DNA from: Candidatus Methylacidiphilales bacterium
GTDB lineage: Bacteria > Verrucomicrobiota > Verrucomicrobiia > Methylacidiphilales > CAZTYG01
Assembly (NCBI GenBank): GCA_033875315.1
Contig: JANRJG010000011.1
Span: 26,536 to 90,535 of the forward strand
DNA length: 64,000 nucleotides
Direction of reading: 5' to 3'
Position 1 is the first letter of the stretch; each line of letters begins with the position of its first letter. Below, in pieces: positions 55,251 to 64,000 of this stretch. The notes beneath the pieces were generated by a model. It ran no database searches. It had not been told where the DNA came from and saw only the letters and a list, made by a program, of their open reading frames with translations. Both the position numbers and the translations under genes were made by a program.

Positions 55251-56780
55251 TTATCTATCTTTCATTTTCCACAAGCTGGCACTCCAACCATTCGTCCGGA
55301 CTTGGGCAATCCATTCATAGTATTCCCGGATCACGCCGGGGTCATCATCTCCCAGCAAAAGAACGTAATCGGGATAAAAGCCACTGGACCTTTGATAGGC
55401 CCTGAAATTCAACCCCTGCACACCCGATTCGGCATATCCCAACGATCGATGCGGATTCATGCTCGCACGGAAGCGGACGGGAAAACCATGGACCCTGGCC
55501 TGGTAATGGTTGAGGCAGGCGATGCGTTTGCCGTTGGCCGCCACATTCAAGTAGGCATGTTCCCAGAAGTTGGTCCGCATGCCCAGGTGCTCCCGGAAAC
55601 CCACGGACGTCACCACCAAGAGACTCCGGTTATCCGGAATAGGGTCGAGCAGTTTCTGGAAAGCCCCGGAAGGCTGTTGGTAGTCGCTGAAAACCCCCCA
55701 GATCCGCAGCCAAAGCACCATTGCCACCACGACGGACAGCACCGCACCCGTCGACGACAAATACGGCATCGACTCCACCCTGCAGGCGAGCCAGACTAGG
55801 AACAACAGCCAGGGAACCAGGAGCAACCGATACTGGATGAGGGATCCGCCGGCTGATTTGTCGGGCATCAGCACCACCAGGGCAAACGCCAGCACGGCGT
55901 AAACCAGGAACAAGTCCGGACGTGCAGCCGGAGACTTCCACACCTTCCAGATGACCCAGACGGAACAGATTAAAACAAAAACAGCGAAGCAGACCACCGC
56001 CGCCGAATCCACCAAACCCGGGAACGGAAGGGCCACTCCCAGAAACAATCCATTAAACAATAACTGGCCCGCTGGATTTCTGTCCCCCATTCCGATCTGG
56101 GGAGAGACCGATAGATACCAAAGCATCAACAAAGCGGAGGGAATCCACCCCGCCATAAAATGCCACACCCGCGTCCATCTTTGGCGGGGTTCGATGCCGA
56201 TCAGGCCCAAGCCCATCCCCAATGCCAAAATCCATGCCAGGGGATGGCAAAAATAGAGGACCAGGGTGAGGACCACGAAAAACAACCAGGCTTTGAAACT
56301 GAAGCTGTCCCGTCCGGTCCAGTAACCCAACAACAACATCATCAGTGCCAGACCCCAGATGAAATTCAAAAATCCCAGATAAAGAAGATGGTGGTGAACC
56401 AAGGGCAGGACCCAGAATGCCGGAATCGGGGAAGCCACCCCCAGGCGCTGAAGCAGGTAGCGGAAGGACAGGGGGATAGCCAGACAAGTGGCGGCCATCA
56501 TGATTTTTCCCGCCCACACCCAGCCCACCACTTGCTGGAGGATCCCCAACACCACGCAGCTCAACCCATTCGGCCAGGGCTTCCAGACCGCTTCGAAGAC
56601 ACGCCCCAGCGGCCCCCCACCGCCCTGCAGCAAGTGCCCGATCAAATACGCAGTGTATTGGTGGGCCGGAACATCGACCGCTGGAATCTGATCGAACCAA
56701 AAAAAAGGAACGACGGACCAAACCAAAAGGCCCGCCCAAATCCACTCCTCGCGGCCCGTTCTAGACAGTCGTTTGAACAT
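55251..56780 (-). CDS. polytopic membrane protein with C-terminal soluble domain (function unknown)
   Basis: 509-aa ORF with more than 10 hydrophobic segments followed by a ~130-aa non-membrane tail. Its start overlaps the upstream gene by 20 nt. Confidence 0.55.
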   Translation of the reverse strand: MFKRLSRTGREEWIWAGLLVWSVVPFFWFDQIPAVDVPAHQYTAYLIGHLLQGGGGPLGRVFEAVWKPWPNGLSCVVLGILQQVVGWVWAGKIMMAATCLAIPLSFRYLLQRLGVASPIPAFWVLPLVHHHLLYLGFLNFIWGLALMMLLLGYWTGRDSFSFKAWLFFVVLTLVLYFCHPLAWILALGMGLGLIGIEPRQRWTRVWHFMAGWIPSALLMLWYLSVSPQIGMGDRNPAGQLLFNGLFLGVALPFPGLVDSAAVVCFAVFVLICSVWVIWKVWKSPAARPDLFLVYAVLAFALVVLMPDKSAGGSLIQYRLLLVPWLLFLVWLACRVESMPYLSSTGAVLSVVVAMVLWLRIWGVFSDYQQPSGAFQKLLDPIPDNRSLLVVTSVGFREHLGMRTNFWEHAYLNVAANGKRIACLNHYQARVHGFPVRFRASMNPHRSLGYAESGVQGLNFRAYQRSSGFYPDYVLLLGDDDPGVIREYYEWIAQVRTNGWSASLWKMKDR

Positions 56781-57930
56781 TTTCCTGCTCCCGCGCCTTC
56801 CTGGATTTCAACAGCGCTTCCAAGGCCAAGGACCAGACCGGCAAAAAGAGCAGGACGGCCACAAGCACAAATCGATCACCCCCCGAGCCAAACCAATAAC
56901 TGTATCCCAGATGCAAAACGACCGAGGCAGACCCGGCGCCCAACAGCGCCAGGGCCTGTCTTTGGTTTTTTCTGGCGCACACCACACCCCAAAGGGCCAG
57001 AGGAAGCAACACCATGACCGGATAGGTATGAAATACCGACTCGCGTCCGCCCCACAGCCGGGCGGCGAACTCCCGGTAATAAGTCCAGGAAAAATGCATC
57101 GAGTTTCCATCCAATAGCTCCACCCCGGCCCGGTAAGTAGGCACCCGGGCGTAGGCCCCCATCACGGCATCACCGAAGAGCATGAAGTTCTGCCACAACA
57201 ACGGAACCACCATCACGGCCCCCCCCACACCACACCAGACCCAGGCCTTCCAGTTGGTGCGGAAAGCCGGCAGATAACCCCAAAGCAAAATCGGGAAGAG
57301 GATGACATGGGTGACCCGAAAATGCAGGGACAAACCCCAGAGCAACCCCGCAACCAGCGGACGCCGGGGCAACACAACCACGCCCGCCAGCACCAATCCC
57401 GCCCCCATCAAATCATAGGAAAAGGTGTAGGCGTAATACCACACCAGATTGGTGCCAAGGACCGCCATCACCCCCACCACATCCGCAGCGGGCGGAGCGG
57501 AGAGCCTCGAAGCCAGGGCATAAACCGAGGCCAGCACCCCCACCAGCACCAACTGCTCCGCCAGCCAGATCCCCGGCATGCCTAACATTCCATAAAAAGG
57601 GGCCCCGAAGAGACTGGCCATGAGCGGATGTTTCGGCAGCAACCGGCCATCCAGCGCCCTGGAATAGACATCCTGTCGGTAGGTGACATCGGGCCGGTTT
57701 TTGCTCAGGTCCATGAGATGCCCGTGCAGCACCGCGAAGTGCGGCCTTTGCCATGTTCCTCTGGTCCAGATATCCTTGGCTGTTTCCGCGGTGGAAATAT
57801 ACGGGTTGAAGGGATAATCCACGCCTTCCAGTTTTCCCACCGGGAGAAATGCGATGCCAATAACCCGATAGCCCGCTCCCATCATGACCAGCAAAGCCAC
57901 CAACATCCATATCCGGTGGGCGGGTTTCAT
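56761..57930 (-). CDS. polytopic membrane protein, GT-C/ArnT-like glycosyltransferase candidate
   Basis: ATG 57930 (the ORF ATG is at 58005). About 10 hydrophobic segments with an extracytoplasmic loop after TM1. The assignment is by overall architecture only. Confidence 0.5.
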   Translation of the reverse strand: MKPAHRIWMLVALLVMMGAGYRVIGIAFLPVGKLEGVDYPFNPYISTAETAKDIWTRGTWQRPHFAVLHGHLMDLSKNRPDVTYRQDVYSRALDGRLLPKHPLMASLFGAPFYGMLGMPGIWLAEQLVLVGVLASVYALASRLSAPPAADVVGVMAVLGTNLVWYYAYTFSYDLMGAGLVLAGVVVLPRRPLVAGLLWGLSLHFRVTHVILFPILLWGYLPAFRTNWKAWVWCGVGGAVMVVPLLWQNFMLFGDAVMGAYARVPTYRAGVELLDGNSMHFSWTYYREFAARLWGGRESVFHTYPVMVLLPLALWGVVCARKNQRQALALLGAGSASVVLHLGYSYWFGSGGDRFVLVAVLLFLPVWSLALEALLKSRKAREQENVQTTV

Positions 57931-58124
57931 CCTGGCCCCCAATCTCCCGGAAGCCCTCCGATTGACAACCGATAAATTCACCCGGCCCTTCCGGTCCCCG
58001 TTCATCCTTTTTCTTCCTGGGACAAAAAAGGGTGTGTTTTTGTCTTTCCAGCCATAGCTTCACTGCTGTTCCCGATTCTGGTATTCTGCCACCTCAGTTT
58101 GACCGCGCTTTGGAATAATCTGCC

Positions 58125-58997
58125 ATGAAGCCTCCCGACACTCTGCTGGCCAGCCTCATCACGGACATGCCCGGATGGCTGTCTTCCCATCTGACCGAGA
58201 CCGGCTGGTTGCTCGGTCTTCGTGTTTTGGGCTCCCTTCTGATTTTCTTTACCGGCATATGGTTTTCCCGGTGGTTCGCCCGCTGGTTGCGCCAAATCCT
58301 CGATCATGCGGGCGTCCAGCAGATCGTGGCTTCCTTCACCACCAATTTGCTCAAGGCCGTTTTCATCGTGCTGATCCTGGTGGCCGCCGTGGCCAATCTG
58401 GGATTTCCCATCACTCCCGTGCTGGCCGTCCTCGGCGCCGCCGGCCTGGCGGTGGGCCTCGCCCTCCAAGGCACCCTCTCCAACCTCGCCTCCGGCGTCC
58501 TCCTCGCCATCCTCCGCCCGTTCAATGTCGGCGACTTCATCGAGATCCCCGGACATGCGGGCACGGTCGAGGCCGTCCACATCTTCCAGACCCGCCTCGT
58601 CACCCTCGATCACCGTGTCGTCATCCTGCCCAATTCACTTCTCACCAACCAACCCCTGGTCAACTGCACCACCAAGGGCACCCGGCGTCTCGACCTGGTC
58701 ATCGACATCGCTTACGACGAGGACCTCCCCCGGGTCAAAGACACCCTCCTGCAAATCGTGACCGCCAACAAACGTGTCCTGGCCCATCCCGCCCCCGTCA
58801 TCGGCGTCCTCGCCCTCGCCGCCCACAGCGTGCAGATCGCCGTCCGTCCCTGGGTGGCGGCCGGCGACATCGTCCCCGCCCAATTCGAATTGCTCGAGGC
58901 CATCAAGCTGCGCTTCGATGCCGAGGGCGTTGAAATCCCTTTCCCCCAGCGCGTCGTCCACCACGTCGGCAAACCGCCCTCGCCCAAAACCCCATGA
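58125..58997 (+). CDS. mscS: small-conductance mechanosensitive channel
   Basis: 290 aa with three TM helices. Pore-helix region GAAGLAVGLALQGTLSNLASGVLLAILRPF and a beta domain. Confidence 0.85.
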   Translation: MKPPDTLLASLITDMPGWLSSHLTETGWLLGLRVLGSLLIFFTGIWFSRWFARWLRQILDHAGVQQIVASFTTNLLKAVFIVLILVAAVANLGFPITPVLAVLGAAGLAVGLALQGTLSNLASGVLLAILRPFNVGDFIEIPGHAGTVEAVHIFQTRLVTLDHRVVILPNSLLTNQPLVNCTTKGTRRLDLVIDIAYDEDLPRVKDTLLQIVTANKRVLAHPAPVIGVLALAAHSVQIAVRPWVAAGDIVPAQFELLEAIKLRFDAEGVEIPFPQRVVHHVGKPPSPKTP

Positions 58998-59599
58998 AGA
59001 TCGAAACCTACACCGGCGGACTCGCCGAAACCAACGGCTACCTCATCCAACACGACACGGGTTGGCTGGCCATCGACGCCCCCGAGGGCATGGCGGAATT
59101 CTGCTCCGGTAAAACCATCACCGGCCTCGTCCTGACCCACGGCCACTGGGACCACATCTGGGATGGGGCGGAGATCGCCCGTTCCCACCGCTGCCCCGTC
59201 TACGGGCATGCCGACGATGCCGACCTCTTTGCCAACCCCAACATGATGTCCGCCTACGGACTTCCGGAAGCGTTGGAAGAAATCGAGCCTGTCCGTTTTC
59301 TCAAGGAGGGTGAAACCCTGGACGTCGCGCCATGGGCGTTTTCCATCCTGCACATCCCCGGCCACTGCCCGGGCAGCATCCTGCTCTACGAAAAATCAGC
59401 TGGAGTGGTTTTCGGCGGCGATGTGCTCTTTGCCGGGGCGGTGGGGCGGTGGGACCTCCCGCGCGGCAACCAGAAGCTGCTGCTGGATGGGATCAAAAAG
59501 AAGCTCCTTGTCCTGCCTGACAACACGATCCTCTACCCCGGCCACGGCCCCGACACCACCCTCGGCCAGGAAAAACGCACCAATCCGTTTTGTCAGTGA
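58994..59599 (+). CDS. MBL-fold metallo-hydrolase (glyoxalase II-like)
   Basis: 201 aa with LVLTHGHWDHIWD and HIPGHCPGS. ATGA overlap with the mscS stop. Confidence 0.8.
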   Translation: MKIETYTGGLAETNGYLIQHDTGWLAIDAPEGMAEFCSGKTITGLVLTHGHWDHIWDGAEIARSHRCPVYGHADDADLFANPNMMSAYGLPEALEEIEPVRFLKEGETLDVAPWAFSILHIPGHCPGSILLYEKSAGVVFGGDVLFAGAVGRWDLPRGNQKLLLDGIKKKLLVLPDNTILYPGHGPDTTLGQEKRTNPFCQ

Positions 59600-59619
59600 T
59601 TGATTCTGGGGATGATCTG

Positions 59620-59652
59620 TAGCGGTGGTCATAGACCGCCGCTAGAGTTTTA
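59620..59652 (+). terminator. terminator-like hairpin between the convergent MBL hydrolase and trpD genes
   Basis: TAGCGGTGG-tcataga-CCGCCGCTA (9 bp including one G-U) followed by GAGTTTTAC. Confidence 0.5.
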
Positions 59653-60682
59653 CTTCCCGCCAGGCCTTGAGCTTTTCGTGGGCCCGTCCGGAATCGAGGG
59701 CCTCGGCTGCCAGGGCCTCGGCTTCTTCGTTGTCTGAGCAGGAGCCATGGACGCGCAGAGCACAGGCCGCGTTCCAGACCAACATTTCCCGCAGGGCGGG
59801 ATCCGTCGAAGCCGGACCGCGCAGGACGGCATCGATCCTTCCCGCGCTTTGATCGGGCGATTCCACCAAAAGTTCCGCCGTGTCATGGAAGGTCTGGCGT
59901 CCGATTTTTTCTTCCAGCCCGGCATTGCCCCGCGTCCAGGTGAACCCGTCCACACTGGCTTCACCCAACGGCCTGCCCGTGGCGTCCTCCCCGTAAATGG
60001 CCGAGTAAGATTCGCGACCCAATGCCGCCAAAGCACCGGCAAAGAGGTCGAGGTGTTCTTTTTTGAATACACCGATCATCTGTGAAGCCGGACGGGAGGG
60101 ATTCAAAAGCGGGCCGAGCAGGTTGAAGACCGTGCGACGCCCTTCGGCGGCCAGTTTCTGTCGCAGCGGGGCCAAATGCTTGAACGCGGGGTGGAAGACC
60201 GGTGCGGCCACGAAGGTCAGGCCCAGGGTTTCCAGTTGCCGGCTGAGATGTTCCGGATTCTGCGCCACCGGCACGCCCAGGGCGGCCAACACATCGGCAC
60301 TTCCCGATTTCTTGGTCACGCCACGGTTCCCGTGTTTGACCACGGGCACCCCGCAGGCGGCCAGGATGAACATCATGCCGGTGGAGATGTTGACCAGGTT
60401 GAGCCCGCCACCGCCCGTCCCACAGCAGTCGAAGAGGCGTTGACCCTGCCAGTGCCGGTGCAGACCCGGGTCGAGGGAAAGGGGGAGCAGGGCCCGGACA
60501 AAGGCCGCCAGTTCTCCCGGGGTTTCCCCTTTGTCCGTCAAGGCCCGCAAAAAATCCGCCTTCTCCGCTTCATCCACCGCAGAATCGAGCAAGGAGGGAA
60601 CAGCTGCGGCAATTTGATCCGCCGTAAGTTCCCCGCCTTCACGGCAATGCTGGGTAAGATCGAAAAGCTTCATCGCCATCAT
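59642..60682 (-). CDS. trpD: anthranilate phosphoribosyltransferase
   Basis: CCGTGGGGLNLVNIS and KHGNRGVTKKSGSADVL. Start ATG 60682, 60679 or 60673; the ORF's GTG 60715 lies inside the AT-rich repeat. Confidence 0.9.
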   Translation of the reverse strand: MMAMKLFDLTQHCREGGELTADQIAAAVPSLLDSAVDEAEKADFLRALTDKGETPGELAAFVRALLPLSLDPGLHRHWQGQRLFDCCGTGGGGLNLVNISTGMMFILAACGVPVVKHGNRGVTKKSGSADVLAALGVPVAQNPEHLSRQLETLGLTFVAAPVFHPAFKHLAPLRQKLAAEGRRTVFNLLGPLLNPSRPASQMIGVFKKEHLDLFAGALAALGRESYSAIYGEDATGRPLGEASVDGFTWTRGNAGLEEKIGRQTFHDTAELLVESPDQSAGRIDAVLRGPASTDPALREMLVWNAACALRVHGSCSDNEEAEALAAEALDSGRAHEKLKAWREVKL

Positions 60683-60714
60683 TTCACAAGGGACACCCCA
60701 CCCGCTGCTACCCA

Positions 60715-60745
60715 CTTAAAACTTAATACCTAAAACTAAAAACTT
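60715..60745. repeat. third copy of the AT-rich element
   Basis: CTTAAAACTTAATACCTAAAACTAAAAACTT matches 26400-26430 at 28/31 positions. It sits in the pilT/trpD spacer. Confidence 0.8.
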
Positions 60746-61824
60746 TAATGCCCCTTGCCGTGCTCTTTTTCGAAGTAGGGCAGGAAGCGGTTTTTATCGA
60801 TGCCCTTCATGTAGGCTTCCTGGCCGGTGATCAGTCCCTGGTCGTAGTAATACTGCACCGCATCGTCCATCAACTGCATGCCATCGGCACGGCCGGACTT
60901 GATGACGTCCTTCAGTTTAAACGTGTTGCCCTCGCGCACGATGGCCGCCACGGCGGAGTTGGCCACCAGGATCTCGTTGATGGCGATACGGCCGGCCCCG
61001 TCCTTGCGCTTGAGCAGCAACTGGGCCACCACCCCCCGCAAGGAGGTGGAGAGCATGGTGCGGATCAGTTCCTGCTGGTCGGCGGGGAAGGCGTCGATGA
61101 CGCGGTCGATGGTTTTCTGCGCGTTGTTGGTGTGGAGGGTGCCGAATACCAGCAGACCGGTTTCGGCCGCGGTCAGGGCCAGCGAAATCGTTTCCAGGTC
61201 GCGCATTTCCCCGACGAGGACGACGTCCGAGTCTTCGCGCAGGGCGTTCTTGAGACCGTGGGCGAAGGAGGGGGTCTCATTCGGCACCTCGCGCTGGGTG
61301 ATGACGCTCTGTTTATTCGGGTGCACGAACTCGATCGGCTCTTCGATGGTGATGATGTGCCGTGAATACTTCGTATTCATGTAATCGATGATCGCGGCCA
61401 GGGTGGTTGATTTCCCGGAGCCGGTCGGGCCGGTGACCAGCACCAATCCCGAGCGGAGATCCCCGAATTTTTCCAAAACCTTGGGCAGGGCCAGTTCGTC
61501 GATGGTTTTGATGCGGTTGGGGATGAGCCGGAAGATCGCCCCCATGCCGTTGAGGTGTTTGTGGTAGTTGCAGCGGAAACGGGATTCCGCGTCCATTTCG
61601 TAGGCGAAATCGAGGTCGCCGGTCTTGAGGAATTTTTCCCAGGCTTTCGGGCGGCAGATCTCGGAAAGGAGTTCCTCCATCTCGGCCCGCGTAAGGGCGC
61701 CTTCGCGGATGGGTTGGATCTCCCCATGGCGGCGGAACTTGGGTGGCTGGCCTTCGGAAAGGTGGAGGTCGGACCCCCCTTGTTCGACCAGGACCTGGAA
61801 CAACGGATCGATTTTGTGCGCCAT
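60745..61824 (-). CDS. pilT: type IV pilus retraction ATPase PilT
   Basis: 359 aa with GGSDLHLSEGQPPKFRRHG, Walker A GPTGSGKST, GEMRDLETI, TGLLVFGTLHT and a C-terminal AAIVREGN. Confidence 0.9.
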   Translation of the reverse strand: MAHKIDPLFQVLVEQGGSDLHLSEGQPPKFRRHGEIQPIREGALTRAEMEELLSEICRPKAWEKFLKTGDLDFAYEMDAESRFRCNYHKHLNGMGAIFRLIPNRIKTIDELALPKVLEKFGDLRSGLVLVTGPTGSGKSTTLAAIIDYMNTKYSRHIITIEEPIEFVHPNKQSVITQREVPNETPSFAHGLKNALREDSDVVLVGEMRDLETISLALTAAETGLLVFGTLHTNNAQKTIDRVIDAFPADQQELIRTMLSTSLRGVVAQLLLKRKDGAGRIAINEILVANSAVAAIVREGNTFKLKDVIKSGRADGMQLMDDAVQYYYDQGLITGQEAYMKGIDKNRFLPYFEKEHGKGH

Positions 61825-61844
61825 AACAAATTTCTAGAGCTTGC

Positions 61845-63224
61845 TCAGACCCCGGCCAGCGAGGCCGCCATGGTTTTCTGGTTGGAGGAGCGCTGGTAGG
61901 CCTCTTCCTTGGTGATGAGCTTTTTCTGCACCAGATCCAGCAGGGAATCGTCCATGAGGGACATGCCCTGCTTCTTGCCGATCTGGATCTGGCCGGGGAG
62001 GAGGTGGTTGTTGCCCTCGCGGATGAGGTTGGCCACGGCCGGGTTGTTGACCATGATTTCCATGGCCATGACCCGTCCCTTGCCATCGGCCCGCGGCACG
62101 AGCTGCTGGCAGACCACTCCGCGGATGGATTCGCTCACCATGGTCCGGATCTGGGCCTGTTGCTCGACCGGGAAGACATCGAGCAGGCGTTGCATGGTCC
62201 GCGCCGCGCTGCTGGTGTGCAGGGTGGCCAGGACCAAGTGACCGGTTTCCGACGCGGTGATGGCGAGGGAGATGGTTTCCAGATCGCGCATTTCCCCGAC
62301 CATGATGACGTCCGGGTCTTCGCGCAAAGAGGCGCGCAGGGCGGTGGCGAAGGACTCGGTGTGGGTGTGCACTTCGCGCTGGGTGATCTGGCAACCCTGG
62401 GAGGAGAAGACGTATTCGATCGGGTCTTCCAGGGTGATGATGTGATCGCGGCGCTCACCGTTGATCTGGTTGATCATGGCCGCCATCGTGGTCGTCTTCC
62501 CGCTGCCGACCGAACCGGTGACGAGGATGAGCCCGTTGTGGTATTTGATGAGTTCGTAGAGCACCGGGGGCAGGCCGAGTTCGGCCATGGTGCGGACACG
62601 GCTGTTGATGACACGGAAGACAGACTCCCAGCCGCGGCGCTGGCGGACGACACTGGTGCGGAAGCGGGCCAGTCCGGGGGCTTCATAACAGAAGTCGACC
62701 GCCCCCCCCTCTTCAACCTGGTGCTGTTGTTCCGCCGTGAGAAATTGCCGGGCCAGGCGCTCGGTTAGCGCCGGGCTCAGGGGCTCGGCATCGGGGGCGA
62801 TGGGAACCAGTTGCCCGTTGTAGCGCAAGAGCGGAGGAAAGTCGGGTCCGAGGTGGAGGTCGGAGGCCTCCACTTCGACGGCGTGGCGGAGGAAGGATTG
62901 GATGTCGGCCCCGCCGTGGTCGAGGCCCGGATCATGGGGTTCGTGGAAGCCATGTGTCTGGACCGCGACCTTGGTTCCGGCAGGAACAGGGGTCGACTCA
63001 GGAGCCGGGGCGGTGCCGTGGGTGCCGGTGGCATCGGCGATGAGTTTGAGGAACGTGGCCGTCCGTTCTGCGGGGAGAATTCCCTGTTCACTCATCAAAT
63101 CGAGGGCGGAAAGGTGGGGCATCTGTCCCAGGGCTTGGCGCACCAACTGGGCCTGCTCGTCGCTGATCCATCCGGCCTTGACTGATTCATCCAGCACGTA
63201 GTCGTTGTAGGGTCGGGTATCCAT
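61845..63224 (-). CDS. PilT/PilU-family ATPase with N-terminal GspE/MshE-type (T2SSE_N-like) domain
   Basis: 459 aa. The first ~65 aa (VLDESVKAGWISDEQAQLVRQAL...LDLMSEQGILPAERTATFLKLIADATG) resemble T2SSE_N. A Pro-rich linker follows, then a PilT core (ASDLHLGPDFPPLLRYNG, GSVGSGKTT, GEMRDLETI, AVANLIREGN). Confidence 0.8.
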   Translation of the reverse strand: MDTRPYNDYVLDESVKAGWISDEQAQLVRQALGQMPHLSALDLMSEQGILPAERTATFLKLIADATGTHGTAPAPESTPVPAGTKVAVQTHGFHEPHDPGLDHGGADIQSFLRHAVEVEASDLHLGPDFPPLLRYNGQLVPIAPDAEPLSPALTERLARQFLTAEQQHQVEEGGAVDFCYEAPGLARFRTSVVRQRRGWESVFRVINSRVRTMAELGLPPVLYELIKYHNGLILVTGSVGSGKTTTMAAMINQINGERRDHIITLEDPIEYVFSSQGCQITQREVHTHTESFATALRASLREDPDVIMVGEMRDLETISLAITASETGHLVLATLHTSSAARTMQRLLDVFPVEQQAQIRTMVSESIRGVVCQQLVPRADGKGRVMAMEIMVNNPAVANLIREGNNHLLPGQIQIGKKQGMSLMDDSLLDLVQKKLITKEEAYQRSSNQKTMAASLAGV

Positions 63225-63229
63225 GAAAA

Positions 63230-64000
63230 TCAGTCGGCTTTGAGGGCTTGCACGGGCTGGAGGCGGGCGGCTTTGAACGAAGGGTAAAGTCCGGCGATGA
63301 TACCGGTGGCGAGGGCGAATGCAAAACTTAATCCCACTCCGGCCCCTTCCACAATCGGCTCGTTCGGGATGCGCAGGACATCGTCCAGAAGGTAGACCAT
63401 TCCATAACCGCAGGCCACGCCCAGCACCCCCCCGACCAGAGCAAGGAGGAAGGCCTCCATCAGGACTTGGACAAACACATCCACGGGCGTGGCTCCCAGG
63501 GCCAGGCGCACCCCGATCTCCCGGATGCGCTCGACGATCCCGGCCAGCATGATGTTGCAGATGCCAAGGCCGCCCACTACCAGGCCGATCCCCGCGATGA
63601 TTCCCCCGCTCAACCGGGCGGCCCGCACGGATTTTTCCACATCGCCCACGGTTTCTTCATAAGTCTCGATCTCCACATCGTCAATGCCCCGGTGGGTGAC
63701 CCGCAGGACATTGCGCAATTGCTCGGCCACCACGGGCTTGTGAACCGGGTCGCTCAGGCCGACCTGGAAGTAATCGAGCTTCAGGTCCGGCCCGACCTCG
63801 TTTTGCACCGCGACCGCCGATTTGAAAATCCCCTGCATGGTGGTGATGGGGATGATCACCACTTGGTTTTTCCAAGGATAGGGGTCGTAACCCCGGCTGC
63901 CGCCCCGCCCCCCCGCGCGGCTCTTGCGCCGGGCCTCCTGCACACTCATTTTGCCCTGGGCCCGGGCCCGTTCCATCTCGCGGTTGAGGTATTCCGGAAA
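63230..64000 (-). CDS. MacB-type ABC transporter permease (FtsX domain), 5'-truncated by the window edge
   Basis: The reading frame is open to position 64000. Periplasmic-domain remnant plus FtsX TM bundle (IGVRLALGATPVDVFVQVLMEAFLLALVGG ... YPSFKAARLQPVQALK). Confidence 0.8.
   Translation of the reverse strand, partial: FPEYLNREMERARAQGKMSVQEARRKSRAGGRGGSRGYDPYPWKNQVVIIPITTMQGIFKSAVAVQNEVGPDLKLDYFQVGLSDPVHKPVVAEQLRNVLRVTHRGIDDVEIETYEETVGDVEKSVRAARLSGGIIAGIGLVVGGLGICNIMLAGIVERIREIGVRLALGATPVDVFVQVLMEAFLLALVGGVLGVACGYGMVYLLDDVLRIPNEPIVEGAGVGLSFAFALATGIIAGLYPSFKAARLQPVQALKAD

Noticed and set aside
61190-61240. A DNA-level repeat shared with 62275-62325 (GTTTCCAG(G/A)TCGCGCATTTCCCCGAC...).
   Set aside because: It is explained by paralogy of the two pilT genes (the conserved GEMRDLETI region), not by a mobile or regulatory repeat.
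1-64000. A search for CRISPR arrays, IS/transposase or integrase genes, prophage genes, toxin-antitoxin pairs, reverse transcriptases and rRNA.
   Set aside because: None was recognised. There are no regularly spaced direct repeats, no terminal inverted repeats flanking ORFs, and no relevant catalytic motifs (DDE, tyrosine recombinase, YxDD) in any credible ORF.

Overview
This is a 64-kb high-GC bacterial chromosomal segment, densely coding on both strands. I call about 70 CDS and recognise no rRNA, tRNA, CRISPR array, transposase, integrase or phage gene. The content is mostly housekeeping:
- GH57/DUF4912 glucan genes, ribBA-ribH-nusB-ftsY, proC and coaB.
- feoA-feoB plus a small Cys-rich ORF that is absent from the supplied track.
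- hisI, then pdxJ-acpS-nnr chained by ATGA overlaps.
- glnD followed by a GAF-GAF histidine kinase.
- yjcH-actP, uvrD, aat, purE-purK, cofG, psd-pssA, sufE, tadA, msrB, mazG, murA, mscS and trpD.
- Two pilT paralogues and the 3' part of a MacB-type permease that runs off the window.

A PEP-CTERM-anchored beta-helix repeat protein, a pilin-like protein and a MurA with Asp at the fosfomycin-target position suggest a Verrucomicrobiota/PVC-type organism; this is inference only.

I did not find a clear-cut novel multi-gene system. The most unusual items are:
1. A translationally coupled PHP - MBOAT (His->Asn in the signature motif) - ApaG trio.
2. An AT-rich ~30-nt element present three times at stop-codon-proximal intergenic sites.
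3. An EgtD-like methyltransferase coupled to a DUF2752 membrane protein.
4. A PilT paralogue with a GspE/MshE-type N-terminal domain directly after a MacB permease.
5. A yidD-led pair of overlapping CDA-fold deaminase genes.
6. A degenerate 5'-nucleotidase-like lipoprotein overlapping an atypical pilin-like gene.
7. A Fur-box-like 7-1-7 palindrome abutting the feoA ribosome-binding region.

All family assignments come from motif recognition by eye; no searches were run. Start codons are inferred and several are uncertain.
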